Shown: piece after piece, positions 17,682 to 26,277 of the stretch
Layout: every line of letters starts with the position of its first letter
How positions within the stretch are numbered: position 1 is the first letter of the stretch
From: an uncultured bacterium
Lineage (GTDB): Bacteria; Fidelibacterota; Marinisomatia; Marinisomatales; Marinisomataceae
Direction: 5' to 3'
Length of the DNA: 46,129 nucleotides
Assembly (NCBI GenBank): GCA_965656415.1
Contig: CBFHKL010000002.1
Span: 1 to 46,129, forward strand
The notes under the pieces: generated by a model
Told to the model about the DNA's origin: nothing
What the model saw: the letters and a program-made list of their open reading frames with translations, nothing else
The model's database searches: none
Program-made: the position numbers and the translations under genes

Positions 17682-18970
17682 TATGGCTCCAATCTTCCCA
17701 TTGTTCTTGGGAAAGGAATAGTTTGTCTAACATGATCTATTCCACAAATCCATGAAACAGTTCTTTCAAGCCCCAATCCAAAACCTGAATGAGTGACTGA
17801 ACCATATTTTCTTAAATCTAGATACCACTTAAAAGCGCTCAAAGGCAATCCATGATCTTCGATTCTTTTAACAAGAGTATCATGATCATCTTCTCTTTGA
17901 CCGCCACCGACTATTTCACCATAACCTTCAGGCGCAATTACATCAACACCTAAGGCTAGCTTATCAGTATCGTCTCTTTTCATATAAAACGCTTTAGTTT
18001 CGTGAGGCCAACTATGAATCATCACCGGACTGTCAAATTTAGAAGCAATCAACTCTTCATCTGGAGCACCAAAATCACTGCCATACTTAAATTCATGACC
18101 ATTATCCTTTAACAGCTTAACTGCTTCATCGTATGTAATTCGAGGAAATGGTGACTTTACTTTCTCAAGCAAAGAAATATCTCTCTCCAAAATTTTTAAC
18201 TCTTCTTTACAATTTTCAATACTTTGAGAAACAATATGCACTATAAATTCTTCAATCAAATCCATATTATCTTTTAAATCATAAAATGCCATCTCAGGTT
18301 CAACCATCCAAAACTCTGTTAAATGTTTTCTGGTTTTTGATTTTTCAGCTCTAAAACATGGTCCAAAACAATATGTTTTTCCAAAAGCCATTGCTCCAGC
18401 TTCCTGATACAGTTGACCGCTTTGAGTTAAATATGCAGATCTATTAAAATATTCTGTTTCAAATAAAGTAGTAGTTCCTTCAACAGCATTTCCTGTAAAC
18501 ATTGGTGAGTCAATTAATACAAAGTCTCTATTGTCAAAAAAGTCTCTGATAGATTTGATTATATTTTGACGAACTTTCATAATTGCATATTGTTTTTTTG
18601 ATCGTAACCATAAATGTCTATTATCCATTAAGAAACTAACACCGTGCTCTTTAAGGGCAATTGGGTATTCTTCTGCAATATGAATTACTTCAATATCATT
18701 AACTAAAATTTCAAACCCTAAGTCTGAACGTGTATCTTTTTGAACAACGCCCTTAACAATAACTGATGATTCCTGCGTAAGGCTTGATTCAAGACTAAAA
18801 ACCTCGGAAGAAACATCATTATTTGTTACCACGCATTGGACAAAACCTGTACCATCTCTTACAATTGCAAACCAGATTTTTCCAATTGATCTAAGATTAT
18901 AAATCCATCCATTAAGCTGAACTTCTTTACCTTCAAAATCTTTTAATTTATTTATTGATATATTTTTCAT
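17681..18970 (-). CDS. asnS: Asparagine--tRNA ligase
   Basis: 429 aa, class IIb. N-terminal OB anticodon-binding domain and catalytic core with CFRAEKSKTRKHLTEFWMVEPEMAF and GFGLGLERTV. The length and motifs fit AsnRS rather than AspRS. Confidence 0.95.
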   Translation of the reverse strand: MKNISINKLKDFEGKEVQLNGWIYNLRSIGKIWFAIVRDGTGFVQCVVTNNDVSSEVFSLESSLTQESSVIVKGVVQKDTRSDLGFEILVNDIEVIHIAEEYPIALKEHGVSFLMDNRHLWLRSKKQYAIMKVRQNIIKSIRDFFDNRDFVLIDSPMFTGNAVEGTTTLFETEYFNRSAYLTQSGQLYQEAGAMAFGKTYCFGPCFRAEKSKTRKHLTEFWMVEPEMAFYDLKDNMDLIEEFIVHIVSQSIENCKEELKILERDISLLEKVKSPFPRITYDEAVKLLKDNGHEFKYGSDFGAPDEELIASKFDSPVMIHSWPHETKAFYMKRDDTDKLALGVDVIAPEGYGEIVGGGQREDDHDTLVKRIEDHGLPLSAFKWYLDLRKYGSVTHSGFGLGLERTVSWICGIDHVRQTIPFPRTMGRLEP

Positions 18971-18974
18971 TTTT

Positions 18975-19550
18975 TTACCATGTAGAAAGGATTGAATTTA
19001 CAACATCTGATGCAATTTTGTTAATTGCAATATTAATTGCAAGCTCTCTTGAATCTCCAAATTCATCATCATCATTTTCATCCAGAATCCCGTCGTTATC
19101 ATTATCTATCCCATCAGAAGAAGGATCATTATTTATACTATAATTTCCAAAACCTGTAAAAGTTTTTTCAATTAAATTTTTTTCATTTTCATTATCTGTC
19201 CAAATAATTTTAAGTGATAAAGAAAATCTATATTCATCAACTTGCTCATTATTATCAAATGAGAAAGGGCCATCGCTAGCGCTTGTTATTATTCCTAAAA
19301 TAGTGCTATCACTATTATTGTCATCAGTGATTTTCAGAATGTTTTGAATTGCAATTTCTTGTATTATTTTTGAGGTCAAATTTTCAGAAATCTCAAACTC
19401 AGCAGTATCATTTTCTATTAATGGAATATTAACGTTTTTGATATTTGCTGGAATTGATCCTGCCATTGAGTAATAACTGCATCCAACTATTAAAAATATT
19501 GATACAATATTAACTATCTTTTTTAATTTTCTTTTCAATTCCATAGTCAT
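18975..19550 (-). CDS. lptE: LptE-like LPS-assembly lipoprotein carrying an acidic Asp-rich insert
   Basis: Lipobox LIVGC|S, followed by YYSMAGSIPANIKNVNIPLIENDTAEFEISENLTSKIIQEI, which resembles FCB-group LptE N-termini. The start may be 19550 or 19544. The first 35-41 nt overlap the upstream activator gene. Confidence 0.6.
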   Translation of the reverse strand: MTMELKRKLKKIVNIVSIFLIVGCSYYSMAGSIPANIKNVNIPLIENDTAEFEISENLTSKIIQEIAIQNILKITDDNNSDSTILGIITSASDGPFSFDNNEQVDEYRFSLSLKIIWTDNENEKNLIEKTFTGFGNYSINNDPSSDGIDNDNDGILDENDDDEFGDSRELAINIAINKIASDVVNSILSTW

Positions 19551-20712
19551 TTATTTTTCTATAAAGAGTCCTTTCGCTCATATCTAACGATTTAGCAGCA
19601 GCTCTTCTATTATTATTAAAATGCTCTAAAGTTCTTATTATCATTTCTTTCTCAAGGTCTTTAGTATTAAAAGCTCCAATCATTTTGCCTTTAATAAGAT
19701 TTTCATTTTGATCAAATATCTCATTATTTTGTATCGCTGAATCAAACGATTGATTAATACTTCTTGATGAATTTAATTCAGAAAAACTAGATTCTTTCAT
19801 CATTAATTTTAAATCTTCTATATCTTGTCTCAAGAAAAGTAACTGACGAAGAATTAGCTCTCTTTCTGCTTGGTCAGGGTCTCGATTCACAACTACTGGC
19901 AACGAACTATTTTTTTCCAATGGTTCAATTTTATCTCCAAGTAATTGATTTGCCACCATTTCAGCAGTAATTCTTTCACCTCTCTGTAAAATTAATATAC
20001 TTTCAACAAAATTTCTTAGCTCCCTTACATTCCCTGGCCAATGATAATCTTGCATTTCTTTAATCGATTCAGGTGTAAATCCTTTATATTTAATATCGTT
20101 TGTCCTGCTAAACTGTAAAGCAAATCTATCAACTAAGAGCCTAATATCACTTTTTCTATTTCTCAAAGGAGGAATATTAATAGTTACAGTCTTTAGCCTG
20201 TAATATAAATCCTGTCTAAATTTTCCTTCCTGCACTAGTTTCGCTAAATCTTTATTGGTGGCTGCAATGACACGTACATCGGTTTTTTTAGTATCAGAAT
20301 CTCCCACTCTCATAAATTCACCAGACTCTAATACCCTAAGAACTTTCACCTGTGTTTCTAATGGCATATCACCAATTTCATCTAAAAAAATTGTTCCCTT
20401 ATTAGCTGTTTCAAAATATCCTTTTCTTGAATCTGAAGCATCAGTGTAAGCTCCTTTTTTATGTCCAAAAAGCTCACTTTCAATTATTCCTTCCGGTATT
20501 GCTCCACAATTGACGATAACCAGCTCGCTTAAAGAGCGCTTACTTCCCAAATGAAGTGCTTTACTAACTAACTCCTTTCCGGTGCCAGATTCTCCATTGA
20601 TTAAAACTGAAATATCAACATTTGAAACCTGAGCAATCATGTCTAAGACTTGATTGATAGCATCGCTTTCACCAATAATCCCTGATTTTTGCTTAATTAA
20701 ATCTATATTCAT
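19510..20712 (-). CDS. Sigma-54-interaction-domain (bEBP, AAA+) transcriptional activator with Fis-type HTH and no N-terminal sensory domain
   Basis: The AAA+ domain starts at about residue 10. Walker A is GESGTGKE and Walker B is IFLDEIGDM. The sigma-54 contact loop is GAYTDA (20437-20454), and RVIAATN and YYRL are present. The C-terminal HTH is AAKSLDMSERTLYRKI. GGAGAT lies 3 nt upstream of the ATG. Confidence 0.9.
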   Translation of the reverse strand: MNIDLIKQKSGIIGESDAINQVLDMIAQVSNVDISVLINGESGTGKELVSKALHLGSKRSLSELVIVNCGAIPEGIIESELFGHKKGAYTDASDSRKGYFETANKGTIFLDEIGDMPLETQVKVLRVLESGEFMRVGDSDTKKTDVRVIAATNKDLAKLVQEGKFRQDLYYRLKTVTINIPPLRNRKSDIRLLVDRFALQFSRTNDIKYKGFTPESIKEMQDYHWPGNVRELRNFVESILILQRGERITAEMVANQLLGDKIEPLEKNSSLPVVVNRDPDQAERELILRQLLFLRQDIEDLKLMMKESSFSELNSSRSINQSFDSAIQNNEIFDQNENLIKGKMIGAFNTKDLEKEMIIRTLEHFNNNRRAAAKSLDMSERTLYRKINDYGIEKKIKKDS

Positions 20713-20726
20713 ATTATCTCCGTTAA

Positions 20727-22721
20727 TTATAACTTAATTTCTTTTTCAAGTTTGTTCATTTCATCTCTCAATTTGGCTGCCTTTTCAAATTCTAAATTTT
20801 CAGCTGCTTCAAGCATTTCTTCTCTAATCATTTCAACAACAATCTTTTTATCCTCATTTAAAAATTTATCTGTTGCAATATCTCTTTTAACTTCAATTTC
20901 ACTTTCCCTGTAAGATTCAGCTACTCTTGTTGACTGCATTATCTCTTCTACTGATTTTTTTATAGTCCTAGGTATAATATTATTTTTCTTGTTATAACTA
21001 ATCTGAATCTTTCTTCTTCGATCAGTTTCATCTATTAAATATTTCATAGAATCAGTAATTTTATCACCATATAAAATTACTTTTCCTTCTTCATGCCGTG
21101 CTGCCCTTCCAGCAGTTTGAACTAATGAACTTTTAGAACGAAGAAATCCCTCTTTATCAGCATCTAAAATTGCTACCAATGATACTTCTGGAAGATCTAA
21201 ACCTTCTCTTAATAAATTAATACCCACTAATACATCAAAATCTCCTAATCTTAAGTCTCTTAATATTTTTACTCTTTCAATTGTTTTTACTTCTGAGTGT
21301 AGATATCTCACTCTTAATCCTACAGAGCTTAAATATTCAGATAAATCTTCAGCCATTTTTTTAGTAAGAGTAGTAACAAGACACCTTTCATCTTTAGTAA
21401 CTCTAATTTTAATTTCAGAAATAAGATCATCAATTTGACCAGCTGAAGGCCTAACCATTATTTCTGGATCGACTAAACCTGTAGGTCTATTTATTAATTC
21501 TGTAATAGACCCTTCTGATAATTCTAATTCTCTGTAAGATGGTGTTGCAGAAGCATAAATAACTAGATTTTGTAATGATGCAAATTCATCTGATTTTAAT
21601 GGTCTATTATCATATGCTGAAGGCAATCTAAAGCCATAATCAATCAAATTATCCTTACGCTTTTTATCTCCACCATACATTGCTTGGATTTGAGGCAAAG
21701 TTACATGCGATTCATCAATTACCGTTAAAAAGTCTTCAGGAAAAAAATCAATTAGAGTAAAAGGTCTTTCTCCTACTTTTCTTCCATCAAAATATCTTGA
21801 ATAATTTTCAATACCTGAACAGTATCCAATCTCTTCTATCATTTCAATATCAAAATTAGTTCTTTGACTGATTCTTTGTTCTTCTAAAAACTTTTCATTT
21901 TCATTAAAAAACTTAGTTCTATCTATTAAGTCTTTTCTAATATGCTTTATAACTGAGTCATTTTTTTCTTTATCAGATATAAAATGTCTTGCTGGATAAA
22001 GATAAAATTCTTCATGTTCAGAATGTTCTTCTCCAGTTAAAGGATCAAATGAAACAATAGATTGGACAGTATTATCAAAAATATCGACTCTAATAGCCTT
22101 CTCTTCATATGCTGGAAAGATCTCAAAAATATCACCTAAAATTCTGAAATTACATCTTTCTAAAACCTGATCATTTCTTTGATAATATATATCAACGAGA
22201 TATTCTGTTAAACTTGACCTGCTAATTGAATCATCAAGTTTTAAATGAACAACTTGCTTTTTCCACTCTTTCGGATTGCCTAAACCATAAATACATGAAA
22301 CAGAGCTTACAACTATAACGTCTTTTCTTTGTAATAAAGAGCTAGTTGCTTTTAACCTTAATCGATCAATTTCTTCATTCATTGAAAAATCTTTTTCAAT
22401 AAATGTATCTGACACAGGCATATAGGATTCAGGTTGATAGTAATCGTAATAACTAATAAAGTATTCAACAGCATTATTTGGAAATAAATTTTTAAACTCT
22501 CCATAAAGCTGAGCTGCCAATGTCTTGTTGTGAGAAATAACTAGAGTTGGTTTTTGAACCTCTTCAATTACTTTTGCAACAGTATATGTTTTTCCTGATC
22601 CAGTAACGCCAAGTAATGTTTGATGGGAAACATTTTGATTCAATCCATCTAACAATTCGGATATTGCTGTTGGCTGGTCGCCTGCAGGAGAAAATTTTGA
22701 TTCTATTTTAAAGTCTGCCAT
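20727..22721 (-). CDS. uvrB: Excinuclease ABC subunit B
   Basis: Blocks GDQPTAI, GVTGSGKT and DESHVT, helicase motifs, and a C-terminal UVR domain (FEKAAKLRDEM). I prefer the ATG at 22721 (MADFKIESKF). The track's TTG at 22730 is the alternative. Confidence 0.97.
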   Translation of the reverse strand: MADFKIESKFSPAGDQPTAISELLDGLNQNVSHQTLLGVTGSGKTYTVAKVIEEVQKPTLVISHNKTLAAQLYGEFKNLFPNNAVEYFISYYDYYQPESYMPVSDTFIEKDFSMNEEIDRLRLKATSSLLQRKDVIVVSSVSCIYGLGNPKEWKKQVVHLKLDDSISRSSLTEYLVDIYYQRNDQVLERCNFRILGDIFEIFPAYEEKAIRVDIFDNTVQSIVSFDPLTGEEHSEHEEFYLYPARHFISDKEKNDSVIKHIRKDLIDRTKFFNENEKFLEEQRISQRTNFDIEMIEEIGYCSGIENYSRYFDGRKVGERPFTLIDFFPEDFLTVIDESHVTLPQIQAMYGGDKKRKDNLIDYGFRLPSAYDNRPLKSDEFASLQNLVIYASATPSYRELELSEGSITELINRPTGLVDPEIMVRPSAGQIDDLISEIKIRVTKDERCLVTTLTKKMAEDLSEYLSSVGLRVRYLHSEVKTIERVKILRDLRLGDFDVLVGINLLREGLDLPEVSLVAILDADKEGFLRSKSSLVQTAGRAARHEEGKVILYGDKITDSMKYLIDETDRRRKIQISYNKKNNIIPRTIKKSVEEIMQSTRVAESYRESEIEVKRDIATDKFLNEDKKIVVEMIREEMLEAAENLEFEKAAKLRDEMNKLEKEIKL

Positions 22722-22789
22722 AATGACCAATAATTTAGATATTATTAAGAGTAAAGTAAAATGATTTGTATGACAATAAGTTCTATTAT

Positions 22790-23332
22790 TTATTTGATTT
22801 TAAGAAAAAATCTCAAATAATCTAAAAGACTTAGAAATAATAAAACAGCGGCAACGTTTAGCAATGTAGGGGTAATAAAATATATGTTCTGAATTTTTAA
22901 AGCAAAGATACACAATGCTGCTCCAAGTATACATACGCCGGTTTTTCCTAAAATATTTGAGCCATATACTGTTTTTAATTTTGGGAGATACCATAAAGAA
23001 AAAACTAAAATTGTTAGTTGACGTAAGAAATAAAAAATCATAAACCAATTTGATATTAGACCTTCTTGATTGAATAATATAATGAAAGCAAAAAGTGTTA
23101 TACCGTCTGCAATAGGATCAAGTGTTTTACCAAGTTCAGACTTTTGATTAAGAATTCTAGCAGCAATTCCATCCAAAAAATCTGTTAACAAAGAAATAAA
23201 TAAGATGGACAAAAAATATGTCTGTAAACCATTTTTGTAAGTAATTATCATTGGAGCAATAAGAAAAAATCGAAGAATTGTTATTAAATTCGGTACAAGA
23301 AATATATCGCTCATTTTAAAAAGTTTACTCAT
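22790..23332 (-). CDS. CDP-alcohol phosphatidyltransferase family protein
   Basis: 180-aa multi-pass protein with the family signature D(x)2DG(x)2AR(x)8G(x)3D(x)3D, seen as DFLDGIAARILNQKSELGKTLDPIAD. Confidence 0.85.
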   Translation of the reverse strand: MSKLFKMSDIFLVPNLITILRFFLIAPMIITYKNGLQTYFLSILFISLLTDFLDGIAARILNQKSELGKTLDPIADGITLFAFIILFNQEGLISNWFMIFYFLRQLTILVFSLWYLPKLKTVYGSNILGKTGVCILGAALCIFALKIQNIYFITPTLLNVAAVLLFLSLLDYLRFFLKIK

Positions 23333-24560
23333 TTATAACCTCTAAGATTTTTTTAGTTGAACCAGAGTTTTCTATAACAAATGATTTACATTTATCAGAG
23401 GAATAATTATAGTTTTCTTTATCGGATAACCAATTAATTTTTTCCTCAAAAATATTAAACGATTCTATTGAAAAACCACCAGATACATTAATTAATCCTT
23501 CTGCATCTAATTTGTTAGAGTTTAAAAAATTTGGACCAAAAATAACTGGATTTGAGGCAGCTGCTGGTTCGATAATATTATGGATTCCACTTTTGGAAAA
23601 ACCGCCTCCAATATATGTAATAGAAGTTTGTAAATATAGTTTTGAAAGAAATCCTACTTTATTAACAATAATAAATTTTTCTGTAAAACTTTTAAAATTT
23701 TGATAGTCATTAATAACCTTATAAGTAATGTTCCTTTTTTTGCACCCTGAACAATAATAATTAATATATTTTTCAGATATTTCATGAGGAACAATTATGA
23801 TTTTTTCAAAATTATTTATCAGAGCTGAATCTATAAGATTATCGAAAATAATTCTATTATCTTCCATCCACATACTTGCCAGAATTAAGATTTTATTTTT
23901 TTCTTTAATGTTATTCTCAAGCTTGTATTCAACATTATTCAAATTATTTAAAATCCTGTCATATCTAGGATTTCCAGCAACACTTATTTTATCATTTGAA
24001 ATATTACTTTTCATTAATTGATAATCATTATCACTAATACAAAAAATCATATCAAACATTTTTAAAAATATTTTATAAGATTTTTTATATCTTGCTGAAG
24101 TTAAAATCGTTGAAATGTTCAAATTGTTTGCAACAAACAAAAAGCTTGGCCAAAAATCACTTGAAGTAAAAAATATTTTTTTAGGCTTTATTAACTTTAA
24201 GGCTTTGTAGGAGGTTAGAATAAAATCAAATGGAAGATAAATTTTTAAATCAATATTATCATCATTCACATTTTCAAATCCTGATGGTGAAAAAAAAGAT
24301 GTTATAATTCCGATATTTGGATCACTTTTCTTTAATTTATCTATAATTGTCTCAATTTGTTGATATTCTCCATGCGAGGAAGTATGAAACCAATAAATAT
24401 CTGAAAATTTGCTAGAATTAAAGGACTTTATTCTTGAAAGAGAACTTAACCTACCTATAAGACCCTTTCTGATTTTTTTATTAAAAATTGAAAGAATAAT
24501 TGATAAAAATATAATTACTGGAAGAACCAGAAGATTATAAATAGCCAATAAAATTATCAT
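23325..24560 (-). CDS. waaA: 3-deoxy-D-manno-octulosonic acid (Kdo) transferase
   Basis: 411 aa. N-terminal TM, WFHTSSHGEYQQ (the HxxSxGE block of KdtA), and the C-terminal block YIGGGFSKSGIHNIIEPAAASNPVIFGPNF, which matches KdtA GGS...GGHN.LE.AA...PV..GP..FNF. Confidence 0.8.
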   Translation of the reverse strand: MIILLAIYNLLVLPVIIFLSIILSIFNKKIRKGLIGRLSSLSRIKSFNSSKFSDIYWFHTSSHGEYQQIETIIDKLKKSDPNIGIITSFFSPSGFENVNDDNIDLKIYLPFDFILTSYKALKLIKPKKIFFTSSDFWPSFLFVANNLNISTILTSARYKKSYKIFLKMFDMIFCISDNDYQLMKSNISNDKISVAGNPRYDRILNNLNNVEYKLENNIKEKNKILILASMWMEDNRIIFDNLIDSALINNFEKIIIVPHEISEKYINYYCSGCKKRNITYKVINDYQNFKSFTEKFIIVNKVGFLSKLYLQTSITYIGGGFSKSGIHNIIEPAAASNPVIFGPNFLNSNKLDAEGLINVSGGFSIESFNIFEEKINWLSDKENYNYSSDKCKSFVIENSGSTKKILEVINE

Positions 24561-25558
24561 ACTCTTAAAGCCTGACTAACATTATTAAAAACTTTTTCAC
24601 TATCAATTTCGCTCATACAGTATTGCTCTTTTCTATAACAAGGTCTACTGCCATTTTGAGAACATGGTCTACACCAAAGATCTTTATTTTCAATTACCTT
24701 AGAATCATGTAAGGTAACTCTTGCTCCAGTCTCTTGAGATGTTGGTCCTAATATCATTGTTACTGGCGTGCCCATTGCTTCTGAAATATGAAGAAGACCT
24801 GTATCGCTTCCCAATGTATGTTTAGCATGCTTTACAATACCCATTGCCATTCTTAAAGAAGTTTTATCTTTAAGATTAATAATATTATCATCTTTTATTA
24901 TTTGATCACAAATAATATCATTAGTAGACCCAAGAATTACAATTTTTGATTTAAATGAATCTATTAATCTCCTCATGAGCTTATTATAGTTTTCAATGGA
25001 CCACTGCTTTTGACTCCATGCAGCACCAGGAACTATTGCTATATAATTTTCTCCAATATTATTTTTATTTAAAAAAACTTTAGTCTCTTTATCTTCACCG
25101 CTATCGATAAAAAGATTTGTTGGAGGGAAAGTTTTATCTTCATCTAATAAAGTATGATACATCTTGATGTGGCTAAAACTTTTTTCAAAATAATTTTGAT
25201 GTGCATAGAAAAGCATAAATCTTCTCATTCTAGGTTTTCTAATTTGTTTGAAAAGATTTCTTCTTAAAAAAAGTGATAAAACTCTTGTCCTAAAAACACT
25301 ATGAATGTCAAAAATAATGTCATAATCATTATTTCTAAGAAATTTTCCCAATCGAAAAAGTTCCTTGATTCCCAATTTTTTATCGAATGAAATTAAATTA
25401 TCGATTGAGGGATGTTTCTTTACTAGTTCAGCAAATTCTTTCTTTATTAAAAAATGAATTTCAGCATTTGGGTATTTGTTCTTTACAGACCTTAAAAATG
25501 ATGTCGATAATACTATATCTCCAATTGAACTCATTCTGATAATTAAAATTTTCTTCAT
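24557..25558 (-). CDS. Glycosyltransferase family 9 (LPS heptosyltransferase-like)
   Basis: N-terminal ILIIRMSSIGDIVLSTSFLRSVKNKYP and C-terminal LGSDTGLLHISEAMGTPVTMILGPTS are GT9 hallmarks. Confidence 0.85.
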   Translation of the reverse strand: MKKILIIRMSSIGDIVLSTSFLRSVKNKYPNAEIHFLIKKEFAELVKKHPSIDNLISFDKKLGIKELFRLGKFLRNNDYDIIFDIHSVFRTRVLSLFLRRNLFKQIRKPRMRRFMLFYAHQNYFEKSFSHIKMYHTLLDEDKTFPPTNLFIDSGEDKETKVFLNKNNIGENYIAIVPGAAWSQKQWSIENYNKLMRRLIDSFKSKIVILGSTNDIICDQIIKDDNIINLKDKTSLRMAMGIVKHAKHTLGSDTGLLHISEAMGTPVTMILGPTSQETGARVTLHDSKVIENKDLWCRPCSQNGSRPCYRKEQYCMSEIDSEKVFNNVSQALRV

Positions 25559-26277
25559 TTTTCATTATTGAAAAGTTTATTTGCAAACCAAGATACTGCT
25601 ATACTTACTTCATATAATATTAACATCGGAATGGACATTATAATTAAACTAATTGGATCTGGCGGAGTGATTATAGCTGAAAGTATAACTGTAATTGCAA
25701 TAGCTTCTCTCCTATAGGTTTTTAAAAATTGTGGATTAATTAATCCTATTGAAGAAAATAAAAATGATGCTACTGGTAGCTCAAATATTAATCCAGCTCC
25801 AATCATCAGAGAAAGAACAAAGCTAAAATAATAATTTATTGAAAAATTATTCTGGATATCAGCTGTTATCATCGATGCAAAAAAATCTAATGAAAAAGGC
25901 AAGATTACTTTATATGCAAAAAAGCCTCCTAAGATGAAGCAAATGAACGCTGTAATGATAAGTGGAACTAAAATCTTTTTTTCTTTATCATAAAGACCAG
26001 GTGACAAAAATTTCCAAACTTGCACAGTAATAACTGGAAGAGATAATATAATCCCTCCTATGATAGCTAAATTCCATTTCAAAAGAAACATGCCCTGTAT
26101 TGTTAAAACCTGTAGGTTTAAATCTGAATTAATTTGAGAAGCAGGTTGAATTAAAATATCTACAAGATAATTTGCAAAATTAAAAGTCAATATAGACATT
26201 AAAATAATTGAACCTAAGGACTTCAAAATTCTCCATCTTAGCTCTTCAAGATGATCAACTATTGACATATTATTCAT
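25555..26277 (-). CDS. tatC: Twin-arginine translocase subunit TatC
   Basis: 240 aa and six TM spans. The N-terminal block HLEELRWRILKS and the blocks FLSPGLY..EKK and TPPD are characteristic of TatC. Confidence 0.9.
   Translation of the reverse strand: MNNMSIVDHLEELRWRILKSLGSIILMSILTFNFANYLVDILIQPASQINSDLNLQVLTIQGMFLLKWNLAIIGGIILSLPVITVQVWKFLSPGLYDKEKKILVPLIITAFICFILGGFFAYKVILPFSLDFFASMITADIQNNFSINYYFSFVLSLMIGAGLIFELPVASFLFSSIGLINPQFLKTYRREAIAITVILSAIITPPDPISLIIMSIPMLILYEVSIAVSWFANKLFNNEK

Noticed and set aside
22800-23048. 82-aa same-strand alternative-frame ORF inside the CDP-alcohol phosphatidyltransferase gene. I considered a frameshifted pseudogene.
   Set aside because: The 180-aa frame carries the complete D(x)2DG(x)2AR...D(x)3D signature and a sensible TM layout, so no frameshift is needed.
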